Positions 27,550 through 30,703 of a stretch of 30,703 nt of DNA are shown here, piece by piece. Both the position numbers and the translations under genes were made by a program. Location of the stretch: NCBI GenBank assembly GCA_027452085.1, contig DAIDHG010000006.1, forward strand, positions 1-30,703, read 5' to 3'. Numbering within the stretch: position 1 is the first letter of the stretch; every line of letters begins with the position of its first letter. The DNA comes from a bacterium (GTDB taxonomy: Bacteria; Babelota; Babeliae; Babelales; JABCYS01). Under the pieces are notes generated by a model. That model had not been told where the DNA came from. It ran no database searches and saw only the letters and a program-made list of their open reading frames with translations.

Positions 27550-29829
27550 ATGGTTATGCATTGCATACAACGTTTCATCAGTTTTTTACTTTTCGGCCTA
27601 GTGCTTGCCAATCCGGCTATTGCCACGGCAACGGCACAAGCGGCTCAAACCGAAGCGCAAAATGTATCTGTGTATGAACAGATCAAAGAAATTTATCTTC
27701 CTGCTATTGGCATGGTAGCCGATGAAGAAAAGCCATCGGCAGTACAACAACAGCAATCAGCAGCATCATGGTTTCTATTTGGTAAAAAGGAGGAGAAACC
27801 TAAACCTGAGCTTGCTATCAATCCGATGTCCCCGGCTGAGAAGAAAACAATGGCCTTTGATCTATTGGCTCGGCATGACAACACACAGCCAAGCAACTTC
27901 CTGTCTGAACACAGTTGGGATGATCTTGAACTTTTTAAGCAAGCAAATCTTTTAAAAACCATAAACCGTACGCACACCTCATTTGGTGAGGCTGTGCTTG
28001 GTAAAATGTTAGTCATTGGCGGTGATGTGGCTGTAGCCATGGCCCGCCAAACAGCGATTAAGGAATTGGTAACTGACGCTGCAGAACATGCTCGCATTAA
28101 TGCGGCATTGACTCAAGCAGGCACTGCTGAAGAGGTCTACTTACTCAACTTCAAAAATGAAGACCCGGCATACGAAGAATACTTTGCCAAGCTCTATTTT
28201 GGTGCTTGGACCAGCAAGCTCTTTTCAAATGAAAATCCGTGGCTCTTAGAGGCAAAAACACGCTGGAACAGTCTTTCAAACGCTGTTGGTTTGGCAGGAG
28301 CATCAATGACGGTGCTTGTGCCGATAGCAACCATTATTACGGCAATCAAGCTTGGGGCTCTAAAAAAAGCACCAAAAGGTTCAACTATTGCGCGCTTTTT
28401 GGTGGCGTGCGATCTTGCAAATGAATGGTATGAAAGAAAAGGCAAAAAGATGATGGACGATCTCAGCTTTGAAGAACAGGCAGAGCTCGGGATTGAAGCT
28501 GCTAAGGCTGCAACTTTGCCTGAAGCAGAGACGTATCATCGTGCAAAGCGCGTGCCATCCTATTCATGGATGAGGGGCTGCTTTATGCCGTACATCATGT
28601 ATAGCGAAAAGAACCTGTACGACAAAATAAACAATGATGCTGCAAAAAAAGAACTAAATAACTTTGAAAAAAACCGAATTAAAGCAACAAATTATATCAT
28701 TGGTTGCTATGGAGCGCTTACTCTTTTTATATGGGCAAGCCTTGCAAAACCCGCATATGAGGATGCAAAATATCAATTTGAAGCATTGAACTATCTGCAA
28801 AGCAAACTTATTCCATTGGGCACCGTTATTCGTGCCTTAGATAACGTACGCAGCCAGATTACCCACAGCGCTGCGTTGCGTAATGCTATGCCACTTGAAC
28901 TGAAAAAGCTGCATAAGGCATTTGGTTCTGGCAACCAAAAGTTTGACGAGCTCGTACGCTTGCTCAACACCGATACGTTTACCGGTTCATCAACTATGCT
29001 ATCACTACAGGGGCGAGTATTAACGGCGCATAAGCTCATGCAAGAAGTTAAATATGAGCTGCGCGACGCCTTTGAAGCACTTGGCACTATTGATGCACTT
29101 GCCTCTATGGCCACCTTGGTCAAAGAGTATGAAGGCCAAGATAATAAATATTGTTTTGTGAACTTTACTAATGAATCGCAACCGCATCTCAAGGCGGTCA
29201 ATTTCTGGAATCCATTAGTGACCACAAAAAAGCCGGTACCAAATACGGTAGAGCTTGGTGCGGTAGGCAAAAACCGCAACATGATCCTGACAGGCCAAAA
29301 CACCGCTGGTAAATCGACCACCTTGCGCTCATTGCTCCAAGGTGTGTTGCTTGCTCATGTGTTTGGTGTGGCGCCGTGTGAATCTATGGAGCTCACGCCA
29401 TTTAAGTTGATTCGTACCCACATCAATATTAAAGATGATGTTGAGCACGGCATCTCACACTTCAAAGCTGAAGTTATTAATATCGATGAGATTCAGAAAT
29501 CTATCTTATCACTCAAACCAGGTGAACGTTGCTTTGTGGTAATCGATGAGATATTCCATACTACCGGCCCACAAACCGCAGTACCGCTGGCAAGAAAATA
29601 TTTCCTTGGCCTAGCAAACTATGCAGATGTCATGGTTATTTCTTCTACACACTTTCCTGAGCTTATCGAGCTTGAGAAAGAGACCAATGGTGTGTATAAG
29701 AACTACAAGATGGAAATTCTCAAGATCGATGGCAAGCTGGTTCGACCGCACAAGATCGAAGAAGGTTCAACCACGGCCAATGTGGCTGAAGATATCTTGG
29801 CAGAACAAGGTATTACCTTATTTAGCTAA
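27550..29829 (+). CDS. MutS-related protein (C-terminal MutS domain V ATPase) with signal peptide and internal hydrophobic segments
   Basis: DDLELF...INRTHTSFGEAVL, GTIDALASMA, FWNP...PVPN, Walker A LTGQNTAGKST, DD...GISHFKAEV, Walker B FVVIDEIFHTT and STHF. No mismatch-recognition domain I recognisable. GGAG RBS. Confidence 0.85.
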   Translation: MVMHCIQRFISFLLFGLVLANPAIATATAQAAQTEAQNVSVYEQIKEIYLPAIGMVADEEKPSAVQQQQSAASWFLFGKKEEKPKPELAINPMSPAEKKTMAFDLLARHDNTQPSNFLSEHSWDDLELFKQANLLKTINRTHTSFGEAVLGKMLVIGGDVAVAMARQTAIKELVTDAAEHARINAALTQAGTAEEVYLLNFKNEDPAYEEYFAKLYFGAWTSKLFSNENPWLLEAKTRWNSLSNAVGLAGASMTVLVPIATIITAIKLGALKKAPKGSTIARFLVACDLANEWYERKGKKMMDDLSFEEQAELGIEAAKAATLPEAETYHRAKRVPSYSWMRGCFMPYIMYSEKNLYDKINNDAAKKELNNFEKNRIKATNYIIGCYGALTLFIWASLAKPAYEDAKYQFEALNYLQSKLIPLGTVIRALDNVRSQITHSAALRNAMPLELKKLHKAFGSGNQKFDELVRLLNTDTFTGSSTMLSLQGRVLTAHKLMQEVKYELRDAFEALGTIDALASMATLVKEYEGQDNKYCFVNFTNESQPHLKAVNFWNPLVTTKKPVPNTVELGAVGKNRNMILTGQNTAGKSTTLRSLLQGVLLAHVFGVAPCESMELTPFKLIRTHINIKDDVEHGISHFKAEVINIDEIQKSILSLKPGERCFVVIDEIFHTTGPQTAVPLARKYFLGLANYADVMVISSTHFPELIELEKETNGVYKNYKMEILKIDGKLVRPHKIEEGSTTANVAEDILAEQGITLFS

Positions 29830-29850
29830 AAGCCAACTAACATTTTCAAG

Positions 29851-29880
29851 AAAGGGACTCTGATAACAGAGTCCCTTTTT
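29851..29880 (+). terminator. Rho-independent terminator (probably bidirectional)
   Basis: AAAGGGACTCTG-ATAA-CAGAGTCCCTTT-TT, 21 nt after the MutS-like stop codon. Confidence 0.85.
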
Positions 29881-29930
29881 CATTTAATTTGATTTAAGCT
29901 TGAGCTCCGTTTTGATATAAAAAGGATCTC

Positions 29931-30703
29931 ATGCAACAAAAAAATTTATTTATCACCTCCACCCTTTCCCGTTCATTAGAACTCTTCACACCAATTAAGA
30001 GCGATCGCGTGACCATGTATGTATGCGGCATCACGCCCTATGACCTGCCACACTTGGGCCACGGTCGGGTATATGTGTTATTTGATGTGCTCTATCGCCT
30101 ATTAACCTGCATGGGATACAAGGTGCACTACGCACGAAATTTTACTGATATTGATGATAAGCTCCTCAATAAAGCGCAACAAGAATTTGGTGATAAAATG
30201 CGCTACAAAGAGATTGCGGATCGATACATCAACATATTTAATCAAAATATGGAATCGCTTAATTGCTTACCGCCCACCTATGAGCCACGCGTGACTGGCA
30301 CAATGCCCGAAATTATTCAGTTTATTACTGGATTAATTGAAGAAGGCAGCGCCTATGTAACGGCCGATGGCGATGTATATTTTGATATTAATGCAGATCC
30401 TTCCTATGGCATTTTGAGCCATCGTAAACTAGAAGATCTCGTGGCCGGGGCTCGCGTGGAGATTAATCCGCATAAGAAAAATCCACTTGATTTTGCTCTT
30501 TGGAAAAGTAGCGAACCTGATACATTCTGGCCCGTACAATGGCCAGGGCATGCACAGAGTTGGGGGCGGCCAGGCTGGCATATCGAATGTTCGGCCATGT
30601 CGATGAAGTACCTGGGCGAGCAGTTTGACCTGCATACAGGAGGCGTCGATAACATTTTCCCTCATCATGAAGATGAGATTGCGCAGAGCGAAGGCTACAC
30701 CAG
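29931..30703 (+). CDS. cysS: Cysteine--tRNA ligase, 5' part (runs off the window end; absent from the ORF track)
   Basis: Translated by hand from ATG 29931 (AAAGGA RBS): MQQKNLF...[18 protein letters not shown]...RNFTDIDDK...DFALWK...[12 protein letters not shown]...[12 protein letters not shown]. No stop codon before the window end. Confidence 0.96.
   Translation, partial: MQQKNLFITSTLSRSLELFTPIKSDRVTMYVCGITPYDLPHLGHGRVYVLFDVLYRLLTCMGYKVHYARNFTDIDDKLLNKAQQEFGDKMRYKEIADRYINIFNQNMESLNCLPPTYEPRVTGTMPEIIQFITGLIEEGSAYVTADGDVYFDINADPSYGILSHRKLEDLVAGARVEINPHKKNPLDFALWKSSEPDTFWPVQWPGHAQSWGRPGWHIECSAMSMKYLGEQFDLHTGGVDNIFPHHEDEIAQSEGYT

Noticed and set aside
27550..29829. Canonical mutS or mutS2
   Set aside because: No mismatch-binding N-terminal domain or Smr domain recognisable, and it carries signal/TM segments.
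30404..30668. Two short minus-strand ORFs at the window end
   Set aside because: Antisense to cysS. The other short ORFs nested in or antisense to long genes were dismissed for the same reason, none having recognisable motifs.
1..30703. CRISPR arrays, IS elements, prophage, rRNA or riboswitches
   Set aside because: No spaced direct repeats, transposase/phage motifs or recognisable RNA motifs seen. Intergenic gaps are short (up to about 230 nt). An Rfam scan was not possible.

Overview
Gene-dense, moderately AT-rich bacterial chromosomal window. I saw no mobile elements, CRISPR arrays or rRNA. Several signal-peptide-bearing orphan proteins, a signal-peptide/TM-bearing MutS-domain-V protein, a deoxynucleoside kinase and a fragmented ATP synthase operon resemble Dependentiae/Babeliae (TM6), which are intracellular protist parasites; this assignment is inference only. 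In order, the window holds: (1) a UrtA/AmiC-type solute-binding protein overlapping a 1008-aa membrane protein that I read as two dCache-like domains fused to a prokaryotic pentameric ligand-gated ion channel (pLGIC), the standout candidate system; (2) two minus-strand exported hypothetical proteins; (3) dNK-atpE-atpF'-atpF-atpH-atpA without atpB/G/D/C, with a Na+-type-looking c subunit; (4) tRNA-Arg(TCT), a phosphodiester glycosidase and dipZ; (5) a minus-strand nucleotide-sugar operon (wecB, wecC, bi-domain oxidoreductase, manC, gmd, fcl, SDR, GT2) divergent from a GT-C glycosyltransferase and a HIT gene; (6) two orphans, the MutS-V protein, a terminator and the 5' part of cysS. All calls come from reading motifs by eye; no database search was run.
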